This document shows positions 7,626-16,604 of a DNA stretch of 32,000 nt, piece after piece. Source of the DNA: Parasphingopyxis marina. GTDB lineage: Bacteria; Pseudomonadota; Alphaproteobacteria; Sphingomonadales; Sphingomonadaceae. How positions within the stretch are numbered: position 1 is the stretch's first letter; every line of letters begins with the position of its first letter. The DNA lies in contig NZ_JACJVJ010000002.1 in the NCBI RefSeq assembly GCF_014237875.1, forward strand, positions 741,300 through 773,299, read 5' to 3'. The position numbers were made by a program, and so were the translations under genes. The notes below the pieces were generated by a model. That model searched no databases. It was given only the letters and a program-made list of their open reading frames with translations, and had not been told where the DNA came from.

Positions 7626-8828
7626 CTAAACCGCCTTGCCGGTGAGCTTTTGGTAAACAGGGGCATAACGGGAAATGTTTGACGACCAGTTACGATGGTC
7701 TTCCACGAATGTGCGGCCGGCTTCGCGCCGCCGCTCCCAATCCCCGCGATTGTCGAACATTTCGGCCAGCGCCGCCGCCAGCGCGGCGGGATCGTCGGGC
7801 GGAAACAACGTTCCCGTCACCCCGTCCTCGATCAGTTCGCGGTGGCCGCCGACGTCCGACGCCGCGACCAGCCGCCGCTGGGCCATCGCCTCCAGCGGTT
7901 TCAGCGGTGTCACGAGATCGGTCAGCCGCATCTTCTTCCTTGGATAAGCGAGGATATCGATGAGGCTATAATAGCGCTCGACCTCGTCATGCGGCACGCG
8001 CCCGGTGAAATGGATGCGATGGGCAAGGTCGGATCGGGCGGCCTGGGCCCGCAGTGCCTCTTCCATCGGCCCGCCGCCGACCAGCAGCAGATATATGTCG
8101 GGCCGGGCCATCGCCAGCCGCGGCATCGCCTCGATCAGATCGTCCAGCCCCTCATAATCGTAGAAGCTGCCGACAAAGCCGACGACCTCGGCCTGTTCGA
8201 TGCCCAGCGCGATGGCGAGACTGTCGTCGCGCGGCGCGGGATCGCCGAACAGCGCCATGTCGACGCCATTGGGCGCGACGACGATCTTGTCGCCATCGAC
8301 GCCGCGCTGGATCAGATCCTGCTTCAACCCGTCGCAGATGACCGCGACCGCATCGGCCTGGTTCGCGGCATGGGTTTCCAGCATCCGCGTCAGCCAATAG
8401 CGCGGCGAGTTTTCGCGGCCCGTGCCGTTGCCGACCGCCGCGTCCTCCCAAAAGGCTCGGATCTCGTAGACCAGCGGCAATCCGCGCCGCCGGGCGACGC
8501 GCTGCGCGGCCAGCGCGTTGAGCACCGGCGAATGGGCGTGGAGCTGGTCGGGCTTCCATTCTTCGGCAACCTCGTCCAGCCGCTCGGCGAGCAGCTGGAT
8601 CTCGCGCCATTCGCGAATGGGGCTCGTCATCGTGCCGGGTTTCGGGGTGCGAAAGAAGGTCAGCCCGTCGATTTCCTCGACCGGGGGCCCTTCGGCCGTG
8701 TGGCGTGCGCCGGTCACGCCGGCGACCTCCCAACCGCGCGCAATCTGCGCTTTCAGGATGGCGCGCGTGCGAAAGCTGTAGCCGCTGTGCAGCGGCATCG
8801 AATGGTCCAATATATGCAGGATCCGCAT
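7626..8828 (-). CDS. GT4-type glycosyltransferase, resembling the PEP-CTERM/XrtA-system-associated family
   Basis: ATG at 8828 gives MRILHILDHSMPLHSGYSFRTRAILKAQIARGWEV.... From memory this matches the characteristic N-terminus of the XrtA-associated sugar transferase family (TIGR04063). The 64 codons upstream in the listed ORF (to 9020) are S/R/A-rich and overlap the divergent genes. Confidence 0.85.
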   Translation of the reverse strand: MRILHILDHSMPLHSGYSFRTRAILKAQIARGWEVAGVTGARHTAEGPPVEEIDGLTFFRTPKPGTMTSPIREWREIQLLAERLDEVAEEWKPDQLHAHSPVLNALAAQRVARRRGLPLVYEIRAFWEDAAVGNGTGRENSPRYWLTRMLETHAANQADAVAVICDGLKQDLIQRGVDGDKIVVAPNGVDMALFGDPAPRDDSLAIALGIEQAEVVGFVGSFYDYEGLDDLIEAMPRLAMARPDIYLLLVGGGPMEEALRAQAARSDLAHRIHFTGRVPHDEVERYYSLIDILAYPRKKMRLTDLVTPLKPLEAMAQRRLVAASDVGGHRELIEDGVTGTLFPPDDPAALAAALAEMFDNRGDWERRREAGRTFVEDHRNWSSNISRYAPVYQKLTGKAV

Positions 8829-8934
8829 GCCCTGCTTGTGCCACGAACTGCTTAACGGCCCGTCAACCGCTGGCCTGTAAATGGGACACTGACGAGCAAC
8901 GCCCGGATGCGGGCCTGAAGAGCGGAAAAGCGCG

Positions 8935-9102
8935 ATGATCGACATGTTCTCGCTCGCCCTGAGCCATGGGCTCATGCTGCTCGCAGCATGGCGGCTGGTC
9001 GCGCGCGCCGATCTCGACAACGACCGGGCCTCGCCCGGCGGAGAGAAAACGGACCTTTTGGGCCGCCCGATCGGCGCGGAAGAAAGCGGCCGCGATGCGT
9101 GA
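8935..9102 (+). CDS. Candidate small membrane protein (55 aa), below the ORF-track size cutoff
   Basis: Hand translation: MIDMFSLALSHGLMLLAAWRLVARADLDNDRASPGGEKTDLLGRPIGAEESGRDA*. Third-position GC is about 80%. There is one hydrophobic helix. The stop TGA (9100-9102) overlaps the ligase ATG (9095) by 8 nt. The SD is weak. Confidence 0.35.
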   Translation: MIDMFSLALSHGLMLLAAWRLVARADLDNDRASPGGEKTDLLGRPIGAEESGRDA

Positions 9103-10489
9103 CATCGGCCTTGCCGGATTCCTGGGCGCGCTGCTGCTGCTCGGCCTGAAGCGGCCCTTTCTTTTCATCCTCGGCTATATCTATATCGACATCGTTTCGC
9201 CGCAGCGCCTGTCCTACTTCCTGCTCAACAGCCTGCCGGTTTCGCTGCTGATGTTCGCGCTGGCGATCCTCGGCTGGCTCGTCACCGACAGGAAGGACGA
9301 TGTCCGCATCGCGCCGCGCCAGCTGCTGATGGCGCTGCTGCTCGTCTATTGCGGCCTCACCACTTTCTACCTGGCCGAGTTCCAAGAGGAGGCGCTCAAC
9401 AAATGGGACTGGGTATGGAAATCGATGATCTTCGCGATGTTCCTGCCGCTCACCCTGCGCACCAAGCTGCGCATCGAAAGCGTGCTCCTGTTCATGGTGC
9501 TTTCGCTCTCCGCGATCGTGATCGGCGCAGGCATCAAGACCGCGCTCGGCGGATCGGGCTATGGCAGCTTCGCGATGATGGTCGACGACAATAGCGGCCT
9601 TTACGAAGATTCCACGCTCGCCACCGTCGCCATCGCGATGATCCCGGTGATCCTCTATTTCAGCAGATGGAGCACGATCTTCCCCAGCGACTGGCGGGTG
9701 AAGAGTTTCTGCTACGCGCTGATCTTCGCCAGCCTGCTCGTGCCGATCGGGACCCAGGCGCGCACCGGCCTCGTCTGCGCCGCCTTCCTCGCCCTGCTGC
9801 TGTGGCGCGACACCAACCGCAAGATGGCCTATGTCGCGGCCGCCGCCTTTGCCGGGATCGTCGCCCTGCCCCTGGTCCCCTCGGCTTTCTCGGACCGGAT
9901 GGAGACGATCGGCACCTACAAGGCCGACGAATCCGCTTCGACCCGGCTCGCCGTCTGGGGCTGGACGCTGGAATATGTCGGCGACCATCCCTTGGGCGGC
10001 GGCTTCGATGCCTATCGCGGCAACCGGCTCGCCGTGGAAACAACCACCGTAACGGGCAGCGGCAGCGTCCGGAATGTCGAACGCCGCATCGTTGCCGACC
10101 AGGGCCGCGCCTATCATTCGGCCTATTTCGAGATGCTGGGCGAACAGGGCTATATCGGCCTTGTCCTCTGGCTACTGATCCACGGGATCGGCGTGCTGCG
10201 CATGGAATGGCTGCGGCGGCACTATCGCGGCGACGACATCCCGGACGGCGAACAATGGGTCGCGCCGCTCGCGACCGCGCTCCAGCAGGCGCATCTCGTC
10301 TATCTGGTCGGTTCGCTGTTCGTCGGCATCGCCTTCCAGCCGCTGATCCTGATGCTGATCGGGGTCGAGATCGGTTTCGACACCTATCTTGCGCGCCGCC
10401 GCAAGGAGCAGGGCTGGAAGCCGCTCGACCAGATGGTGGCCGAACCCGGCACGCCGAAGCTCGCCCCCCTGCCCGGCCAGGAGCGGTGA
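9095..10489 (+). CDS. O-antigen ligase-like (Wzy_C) polytopic membrane protein, resembling the exosortase-A-associated putative O-glycosylation ligase
   Basis: ATG 9095 gives MRDIGLAGFLGALLLLGLKRPFLFILGYIYIDIVSPQRLSYF... and roughly 10 or more hydrophobic segments. From memory this matches the TIGR03097-type N-terminus. The upstream part of the listed ORF (8966-9094) has off-frame composition. Confidence 0.85.
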   Translation: MRDIGLAGFLGALLLLGLKRPFLFILGYIYIDIVSPQRLSYFLLNSLPVSLLMFALAILGWLVTDRKDDVRIAPRQLLMALLLVYCGLTTFYLAEFQEEALNKWDWVWKSMIFAMFLPLTLRTKLRIESVLLFMVLSLSAIVIGAGIKTALGGSGYGSFAMMVDDNSGLYEDSTLATVAIAMIPVILYFSRWSTIFPSDWRVKSFCYALIFASLLVPIGTQARTGLVCAAFLALLLWRDTNRKMAYVAAAAFAGIVALPLVPSAFSDRMETIGTYKADESASTRLAVWGWTLEYVGDHPLGGGFDAYRGNRLAVETTTVTGSGSVRNVERRIVADQGRAYHSAYFEMLGEQGYIGLVLWLLIHGIGVLRMEWLRRHYRGDDIPDGEQWVAPLATALQQAHLVYLVGSLFVGIAFQPLILMLIGVEIGFDTYLARRRKEQGWKPLDQMVAEPGTPKLAPLPGQER

Positions 10490-11577
10490 CCGCCAAGCCC
10501 GATCTCGAAGCGCTGACTTCGCTGCGCGGCATCGCGGCCTGGTTCGTGGTGCTGTATCACGTGCGGCTCGCCTGCGTGACGATCATGCCCGCGCCGGCAC
10601 TCGCGCTGTTCGCCAAGGGCTATCTCGCGGTCGATTTCTTCTTCCTGCTTTCGGGCTTCGTCATCTGGCTCAGTTATCGCGACCGGATCGCCGAAGGCGG
10701 CAAGGCGGCGATCCCGCGCTATCTGGCCCGCCGTTTCGCGCGCATCTATCCGCTCCATGCCGTTATCCTGACCGGCGCGGTGGGTTTCGCGCTGCTGCTC
10801 CGGGCGATCGGCCGCGCCAACCCGGCCGAATATCCGTTCGCGGAATTGCCGCTCCATTATCTGCTGATCCAGAATTGGGGCTTTACCGACGCGCTCGCCT
10901 GGAACGATCCCGCCTGGTCGATCAGCACCGAATTCGCGGCCTACCTGCTATTCCCGGTCATCGCGCTCGCCACCGACTGGCGCCGCCTTTCGACGCCGAT
11001 CCTGCTGGCGGCGGTCTCGGCGCTGATCCTACTGCTCCACGGGCTTTTCGGCCTGATGGCCGCGCCGATCCTCGATCACGCGATCCCCCGGACCGGGCTC
11101 CTACGCTGCCTGGTCCAGTTTTCGATCGGCACGATCCTGTGCGCGCTCTGGATGCGCTGGCGGGAAAAGCCGGCGCTTCCCGCTTTGCTCTCGGCGCTTG
11201 CCGCGCTCCTCTTCGCCGCGCTGGCCCTTTGCGCAGACCTTCCCGAAACGCTTGGCGCACCCGCAGCCTTCGCCGCCGCGCTGCTCGCCGCGGCGCTCAC
11301 CGCTCAAGCCAGAGCCAATCCGCTCAATATCCCCGCGCTGCGCTATCTCGGCGATATCAGCTATGCGACCTATCTCGCACACTTCCTGCTTTTCGTGCTG
11401 TTCAAGATCCTGTTCGTCGGCGACGATGGACAGCTGGGCGCGGCGACCCTTGTCGGCTTCCTGCTGCTGACCTTCGCCGTATCGGCGGCGCTTTATCACC
11501 TGATCGAACGCCCGGCCCAACGCCTGCTCAACGCGCGGTTCGACGCCCTGTTCGCGCGCCGGGCCGGAGCCGCCTGA
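10486..11577 (+). CDS. Acyltransferase family 3 membrane protein (363 aa)
   Basis: GTG 10486 overlaps the ligase stop as GTGA. Product: (M)TAKPDLEALTSLRGIAAWFVVLYHV...AVDFFFLLSGFVI..., the typical acyltransferase_3 N-terminus, with multiple TM segments. The listed ORF 9667..11577 carries this gene only from 10486 onward. Confidence 0.85.
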   Translation: MTAKPDLEALTSLRGIAAWFVVLYHVRLACVTIMPAPALALFAKGYLAVDFFFLLSGFVIWLSYRDRIAEGGKAAIPRYLARRFARIYPLHAVILTGAVGFALLLRAIGRANPAEYPFAELPLHYLLIQNWGFTDALAWNDPAWSISTEFAAYLLFPVIALATDWRRLSTPILLAAVSALILLLHGLFGLMAAPILDHAIPRTGLLRCLVQFSIGTILCALWMRWREKPALPALLSALAALLFAALALCADLPETLGAPAAFAAALLAAALTAQARANPLNIPALRYLGDISYATYLAHFLLFVLFKILFVGDDGQLGAATLVGFLLLTFAVSAALYHLIERPAQRLLNARFDALFARRAGAA

Positions 11578-11583
11578 AGCGGG

Positions 11584-12150
11584 TCAGGCCGCTTTGCGTT
11601 CGCCGTCACGATCCTCGATCGCGGCGATCAGCGCGTCGGTGAATGCGGGAATATCGTCCGGCTTGCGGCTCGTGATGATATTCCCGTCCACGACCACTTC
11701 CTCGTCGCGCACGGTTCCGCCGGCATTGCGCAGATCGGTCCGCACCGAGGGCCAGCCGGTAACTGCTTTGCCTTCCACCAGTCCGGCCTCGATCAGAAGC
11801 CAGGGCGCGTGGCAAATCGCCGCGATCGGCTTCCCGGCCTCGCCAAATGCGCGGATAATCGCGATGGCGCGATCCTCGATCCGCAGGCTGTCCGGGTTGC
11901 GCTGCCCGCCGGGCAGGAGGAGCGCGTCATAGTCCGACGGATCGACCGCATCGAGCGTCATATCGGGGCGGATCGGCTCGCCCTTGGGCGTTCCGCCGCT
12001 TTCGCCGGTGATCGGTTTGGTGTCGGGGGATGCGAGCCAAACGTCCGCGCCGCGCGTTTCGAGCCGGCTGCGCGGTTCGGTCAGTTCCGAATATTCGAAA
12101 CCGTCGGTCGCGAGCATGAGGATCTTGGCCTGGCCTATCGGGGTCGTCAT
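11584..12150 (-). CDS. DJ-1/PfpI family protein (type 1 glutamine amidotransferase-like)
   Basis: MTTPIGQAKILMLATDGFEYSEL...PIAAICHAPWLL (nucleophile-elbow Cys)...VVVDGNIITSRKPDDIPAF. ATG 12150 has an SD (GAAAGGTGA) about 8 nt upstream. The listed start 12159 is a GTG. Confidence 0.85.
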   Translation of the reverse strand: MTTPIGQAKILMLATDGFEYSELTEPRSRLETRGADVWLASPDTKPITGESGGTPKGEPIRPDMTLDAVDPSDYDALLLPGGQRNPDSLRIEDRAIAIIRAFGEAGKPIAAICHAPWLLIEAGLVEGKAVTGWPSVRTDLRNAGGTVRDEEVVVDGNIITSRKPDDIPAFTDALIAAIEDRDGERKAA

Positions 12151-12186
12151 GGATGTCACCTTTCTTCAACGGGGTTTTGCTCCATC

Positions 12187-12212
12187 AACGAAAGCGGCCG
12201 GTTCGCGGTTCC
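12187..12212 (-). promoter_or_regulatory. Perfect EcfG-type general stress response promoter box GGAAC-N17-CGTT upstream of the DJ-1/PfpI gene
   Basis: The minus strand reads GGAAC (12212-12208), CGCGAACCGGCCGCTTT (17 nt), CGTT (12190-12187). The -10 element ends 37 nt upstream of ATG 12150. It matches the GGAAC-N16/17-CGTT consensus established for alphaproteobacterial sigma-EcfG/SigT. Confidence 0.5.
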
Positions 12213-12306
12213 CTCTGCCTGACGAACGGTGGCCTATCGGCGACGTATCCATGCCGGCGAGCCTTGGGGGTTGCATCTGGGACTGGATACCAAATATCGG
12301 TGCCTC

Positions 12307-13488
12307 ATGGCTGACCTCTTAGAACCGCTGGGCCTCGATACGATCGAGGAGCCCGCCCTCTCCTTCCAGCAGCGCGCTGAAAATCTGTGGGCCGACAGCA
12401 TAGGCTGGCTCGACGCCCACATGATCGAGCTGCTGATCGGGCTCGCCGTGGCCGCCGTCATCGTGTTCGTCATGATGGGCGTGCGCCGCTATGGCCGACG
12501 GATCTACGAACGCAATCCGACGCTGGAAACCTGGCAATCGGTGATCGGGCGAACGCTGGCAAAAACCAAGACCTGGTTCATGATCGCGCTCGCGCTCGAA
12601 ATCGTAGCGGTCTATTCCAACGCGCCCGCCGCCATCGCGGGAACCATCGGCTTTTTCTTCTCGCTGGCCGTGGTCGTCCAGGCCGCGATCTGGGCCCGTT
12701 CGGTCATCCTCGGCGTGATCGAGCACCGCACGCTGACCGACGAGGAAACCAGCGAGACGCTGGCCAGCGCGATGAAGCTGATCCGGGTACTCGTGACCTT
12801 CGGCGTCGTCGCGATCGCGAGCATCGTCGTGCTCGACAATCTCAACGTCGACGTCACCGGCCTCGTCGCCGGCCTTGGCATCGGCGGCATCGCCATCGGC
12901 CTGGCCGCGCAGGGCATCTTTTCCGATCTCTTCGCCGCGCTCTCGATCATCTTCGACAAGCCGTTCCGCAAGGGCGATTCGATCAATTTCGACAACACCT
13001 TCGCGACCGTGGAGCAGATCGGCCTCAAATCGACGCGGCTGCGCAATGTCGGCGGCGAAGAGGTGATCATCTCCAACACCAATCTCCTCGACAAGGAGAT
13101 ATTGAACCTGACCCGGCTCAATCGCCGCCGCATCAAGTTCGGCGTCGGCGTGATCTACCAGACGCCGGCGGACAAGGCGGCGCGGATTCCCGAAATCCTG
13201 CGCGATGTCGTCCAGTCGCTGGGCAACGAGTTCGTCCGCGCGGGTTTTGTCGGTTTCGGCGATTCCAGCCTCAACTATGAACTGCAATTCGACGTAATGA
13301 GCCCGGACTGGGACGTGGTTTTCCAGAGCCAGCACGAGACCGGAATAGCGATCTTCAAGCGCTTCGCAGAAGAAGGCCTCGAATTCGCCTATCCGACCCA
13401 GACGACCTTCACCTCCGCGCCGGACGGCACGATGATTATGCCCTATCCGAACGTCACCATGGTCGCGACGGAGAAGAGCGAAGAGTAA
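12307..13488 (+). CDS. Mechanosensitive ion channel, MscS family
   Basis: From ATG 12307 (MADLLEPLGLDTIEE...) there are several TM helices, then the MscS core ...GLGIGGIAIGLAAQGIFSDLFAALSIIFDKPFRKGDSI... and a beta-domain. Confidence 0.85.
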   Translation: MADLLEPLGLDTIEEPALSFQQRAENLWADSIGWLDAHMIELLIGLAVAAVIVFVMMGVRRYGRRIYERNPTLETWQSVIGRTLAKTKTWFMIALALEIVAVYSNAPAAIAGTIGFFFSLAVVVQAAIWARSVILGVIEHRTLTDEETSETLASAMKLIRVLVTFGVVAIASIVVLDNLNVDVTGLVAGLGIGGIAIGLAAQGIFSDLFAALSIIFDKPFRKGDSINFDNTFATVEQIGLKSTRLRNVGGEEVIISNTNLLDKEILNLTRLNRRRIKFGVGVIYQTPADKAARIPEILRDVVQSLGNEFVRAGFVGFGDSSLNYELQFDVMSPDWDVVFQSQHETGIAIFKRFAEEGLEFAYPTQTTFTSAPDGTMIMPYPNVTMVATEKSEE

Positions 13489-13494
13489 GGCCGG

Positions 13495-16400
13495 CTAGCC
13501 GCCGATATCGTCGAGCGAGAGCAGGGTCGCATTGCCGCCGGCGCTGGTCGTATCGATCGACGTCACCCGTTCGGCGCAGAAGCGCGGCAGGTAATGCGGG
13601 CCGCCGGCCTTCGGGCCGGTGCCCGAAAGCCCCTCCCCGCCGAACGGCTGGCTGCCGACGATCGCGCCGATCATCGAACGATTGACGTAAAGATTGCCGA
13701 CATGGGCACGCGCTTCGACCAGCTCGGACGCCCGGGCGATCCGGCTGTGGAGTCCCATGGTGAGGCCGAAGCCCTTGGCGTTGATCCGCGACACCGTCTC
13801 TTCGAGCTTGCCCGATTTCCAGGTGGCGACATGGAGCAGCGGCCCGAACCATTCGGTGTTGAGATCGTCCATGCTGTCGAGCCGGATGAGCGTGGGCGGC
13901 ACGAACCGGCCCTCGGCCGGAACCTCCAGCGTCTTCAGCCAGCGGTCCTCCATCGCCGCGCGGTGGCCCATCAATTTCTCATAGGCCGCATCGTCTATCA
14001 CCGGGCCGACATCGGTCTTCGGGTCGGATGGATCGCCGACGACGAGCCCGTCCATCGCACCGGAAAGCATCGCGATCATCCGCTCGGCCACTTCTTCCTG
14101 CACGAGCAGCAGGCGCAGCGCCGAGCAGCGCTGCCCGGCCGAGCCGAAGGCCGAGGTGATGACGTCCGCAACCACCTGTTCGGGCAGCGCGGTCGAATCG
14201 ACGATCATCGTGTTGACGCCGCCGGTTTCGGCGATCAACGGCACGATCGGCCGGTTCTCGTCGTCGAGCAGGCTGCGGGCGATCGCCTTGGCGGTTGCCG
14301 TCGAGCCGGTAAAGGCGACGCCCGCGACGCGCGGATCGCCGGTCAGCGCCGCGCCCGTCTCCGGGCCGCCCGGGCACAGGATCAGCGCGTCGGCGGGAAT
14401 ACCGGCGGCATGGGCAAGGCGCACCGCAGCCGCGGCGATGCGCGGCGTCTGCGGCGCGGGTTTCGCGATCACCGTGTTGCCGGTGACGAGCGCCGCGGCG
14501 ACCTGGCCGGTGAAGATCGCCAGCGGGAAGTTCCAGGGCGAGATGCAGCACCACACGCCGCGCCCTTCCATGCGCAGGATATTGGCCTCGCCGGTCGGCC
14601 CCGGCAGTTCCTGCGGGACGAGCTTGTCGCGGGCTTCGGCGGCGTAATAGCGACAGAAATCGATCGCCTCGCGAACCTCGGCCAGCGCATCGGGAATCGT
14701 CTTGTTCGCCTCATGCACCGCCAGCGCCATCAGCTCGCCGCGCCGTTCCTCGTAGATATCGGCCAGCCGGTCGAGGCAGGCCGCCCGTTCTTCGATCGGC
14801 AGCGCGGACCAGTGCGGGAAGGCCGCCGCCGCCTGATCCAACAGGGGCGCGACATCGGTCACCGCTTCGGGCTCCGGTCCGATATCGGCACGTTCGTCGA
14901 TACCTTCCGTCACCCGCTTCAGCACCCGCCAGTCTTCGAGATCGAGACCCTGGCTGTTCTTGCGCTGGGGCATGAACAGGTCCTCGGGCAGCGGGATCGA
15001 GGGGTGGCGCTTGCCGCCAACCTCGACGATCCGGTCTACCGGATCGCGCAGCAGATCGTCGTCCGTCAGATGCTCGTCGGCCAGCTGGTGCACGAAACTG
15101 GAATTCGCGCCATTTTCCAGCAAACGCCGAACGAGATAGGCCAGCAGGTCGCGATGCCCGCCGACCGGCGCATAGATGCGGCAGCGATAGCCCTGTTCGC
15201 GCACCATGCGTTCGAACAGCCCCTCGCCCATACCGTGCAACCGCTGGAACTCGAAACTGTCGGTATCGTGCGCCCATTCGATGATCGTCGCCGCGGTCAG
15301 CGCGTTGTGCGTAGCGAAGGCCGGGCGGATCGCCTTGGCTTCGAGCATGTCCTTGGCACAGGCGAGATAGCAGACGTCGGTCGCCGCCTTGCGGGTGAAC
15401 AGCGGATAGTGCGAGAGCCCCTGCTCCTGGCAATGCTTGATTTCGCTATCCCAATAAGCGCCTTTGACGAGCCGGACCGGCATCGAGCGGCCGGTGCGGC
15501 TGGCCAGCGCCTCGGCCCAGCCGATCGTGCGCTGGGCGCGCTTCCCATAGGCCTGTATAGCCATGCCGAACCCGTTCCACCCCTTGAGCGACGGCAGCTC
15601 CGCGACATGCTCGATGATGTCGAGGCTCATCTCCAGGCGCTCGGATTCCTCGGCATCCACGGTAAGCCCGATATCGGCGCGCGCCGCCACTTGGCACAGA
15701 GCTTCCAGTCTCTCGGTCAATTCGGGAACGCAGCGGCCCCATTGCGACACTTCGTAGCGCGGATGCAGCGCCGAGAGCTTCACCGAGATCGAATGATTGT
15801 CCTGGGTGCCACCATCGCCGCGCGCCTTGCCGACCGCTTCGATAGCCCTCTCATAAGCCTCGAAATAGCGGTCGGCGTCGGGGAAGGTCCGCGCCGCCTC
15901 GCCCAGCATGTCGAAGCTGGCGGTGAAGCCTTTCTGATCGGGCTTCTTCATCCGCTTCAGCGCCTCGTCGATGGTCCGGCCCATGACGAAAATCTCGCCC
16001 ATCATCCGCATCGCCGCGCCGACCGCCTGGCGCACAAAGGGTTCGCCGGTGCGCGAGATCAGCCTGCGAAGCGTGTTCGCTCGGTTCTCGTCGCCGACCA
16101 GCGCGCGTCCGATCACCAAGCCCCATGTCGCCGAATTGACGAGCCCCGAATGCGATTTGCCGGTATGGCTGCGCCAGTCGCCGTCGCCGAGCTTGTCGGA
16201 AATCAGCATGTCCGCCGTCTCGGGATCCGGCACGCGGAGAAACGCCTCGGCGAGACTCAGCAGCGCCACGCCTTCGGAACTGTTGAGACGATATTCCTGA
16301 AGGAACTGGTTCACCCATCCCGTCCGCTGCCCCTCGCGCAGGTCGGCGAGCAGGTCGAGCGCCGTCGCCTCGATTCGCCCGCGCTCCCCCTCGCCGAGTC

Positions 16401-16515
16401 GCGCCCGCTCGATAAGCGGCGCCAGCACCTCGGGTTCGGGTGCGCGGTGAACTTCCTCCATGTGCAGCCATGCGGCTGACGTAGCGGAATCGGGATCATG
16501 CATCTGACTGGGCAT
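13495..16515 (-). CDS. putA: Bifunctional proline dehydrogenase / L-glutamate gamma-semialdehyde dehydrogenase PutA (1006 aa, no N-terminal RHH DNA-binding domain evident)
   Basis: The N-terminal half is PRODH-barrel-like. The C-terminal half is an aldehyde dehydrogenase with IAETGGVNTMIVDSTA and FGSAGQRCSALRLL (catalytic Cys). The + ORF 13594..16479 (961 aa) is its antisense shadow. Confidence 0.92.
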   Translation of the reverse strand: MPSQMHDPDSATSAAWLHMEEVHRAPEPEVLAPLIERARLGEGERGRIEATALDLLADLREGQRTGWVNQFLQEYRLNSSEGVALLSLAEAFLRVPDPETADMLISDKLGDGDWRSHTGKSHSGLVNSATWGLVIGRALVGDENRANTLRRLISRTGEPFVRQAVGAAMRMMGEIFVMGRTIDEALKRMKKPDQKGFTASFDMLGEAARTFPDADRYFEAYERAIEAVGKARGDGGTQDNHSISVKLSALHPRYEVSQWGRCVPELTERLEALCQVAARADIGLTVDAEESERLEMSLDIIEHVAELPSLKGWNGFGMAIQAYGKRAQRTIGWAEALASRTGRSMPVRLVKGAYWDSEIKHCQEQGLSHYPLFTRKAATDVCYLACAKDMLEAKAIRPAFATHNALTAATIIEWAHDTDSFEFQRLHGMGEGLFERMVREQGYRCRIYAPVGGHRDLLAYLVRRLLENGANSSFVHQLADEHLTDDDLLRDPVDRIVEVGGKRHPSIPLPEDLFMPQRKNSQGLDLEDWRVLKRVTEGIDERADIGPEPEAVTDVAPLLDQAAAAFPHWSALPIEERAACLDRLADIYEERRGELMALAVHEANKTIPDALAEVREAIDFCRYYAAEARDKLVPQELPGPTGEANILRMEGRGVWCCISPWNFPLAIFTGQVAAALVTGNTVIAKPAPQTPRIAAAAVRLAHAAGIPADALILCPGGPETGAALTGDPRVAGVAFTGSTATAKAIARSLLDDENRPIVPLIAETGGVNTMIVDSTALPEQVVADVITSAFGSAGQRCSALRLLLVQEEVAERMIAMLSGAMDGLVVGDPSDPKTDVGPVIDDAAYEKLMGHRAAMEDRWLKTLEVPAEGRFVPPTLIRLDSMDDLNTEWFGPLLHVATWKSGKLEETVSRINAKGFGLTMGLHSRIARASELVEARAHVGNLYVNRSMIGAIVGSQPFGGEGLSGTGPKAGGPHYLPRFCAERVTSIDTTSAGGNATLLSLDDIGG

Positions 16516-16604
16516 CGGCGGGCCTTGCGGTTCGGGAGTTTGGCTCTCACAATAGTGGGAAAGCCAGCGCTCTTTAAACAGATTTGGGGTGAGAGGGAAC
16601 GGAT

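Noticed and set aside
8852-8866. CtrA-like box TTAA-N7-TCAA in the GT/ligase divergent region
   Set aside because: The second half-site is mismatched. It is a single occurrence with no supporting context.
8829-9020. N-terminal extensions of listed ORFs: GT to 9020, ligase from 8966, tonB to 25870, phaZ to 21193, mscS from 12229, tamA to 4635, exbB to 25001, DJ-1 to 12159
   Set aside because: The extensions have non-coding-like composition or begin at TTG/GTG. Internal ATGs give canonical family N-termini or signal peptides and have better SD sequences.
9667-10485. 5' 273 codons of the 636-aa ORF 9667..11577
   Set aside because: This part overlaps the ligase gene in another frame and is R/P/G-rich. 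The acyltransferase motifs begin only after GTG 10486, which overlaps the ligase stop.
15246-15270. GGAAC-N16-CGTG near-match to the EcfG box
   Set aside because: The -10 element is mismatched, it lies deep inside putA, and it is on the antisense (+) strand.
13594-16479. 961-aa + strand ORF
   Set aside because: It is antisense to an unmistakable PutA (PRODH plus ALDH motifs). It has the same R/A/G/H-rich shadow composition.
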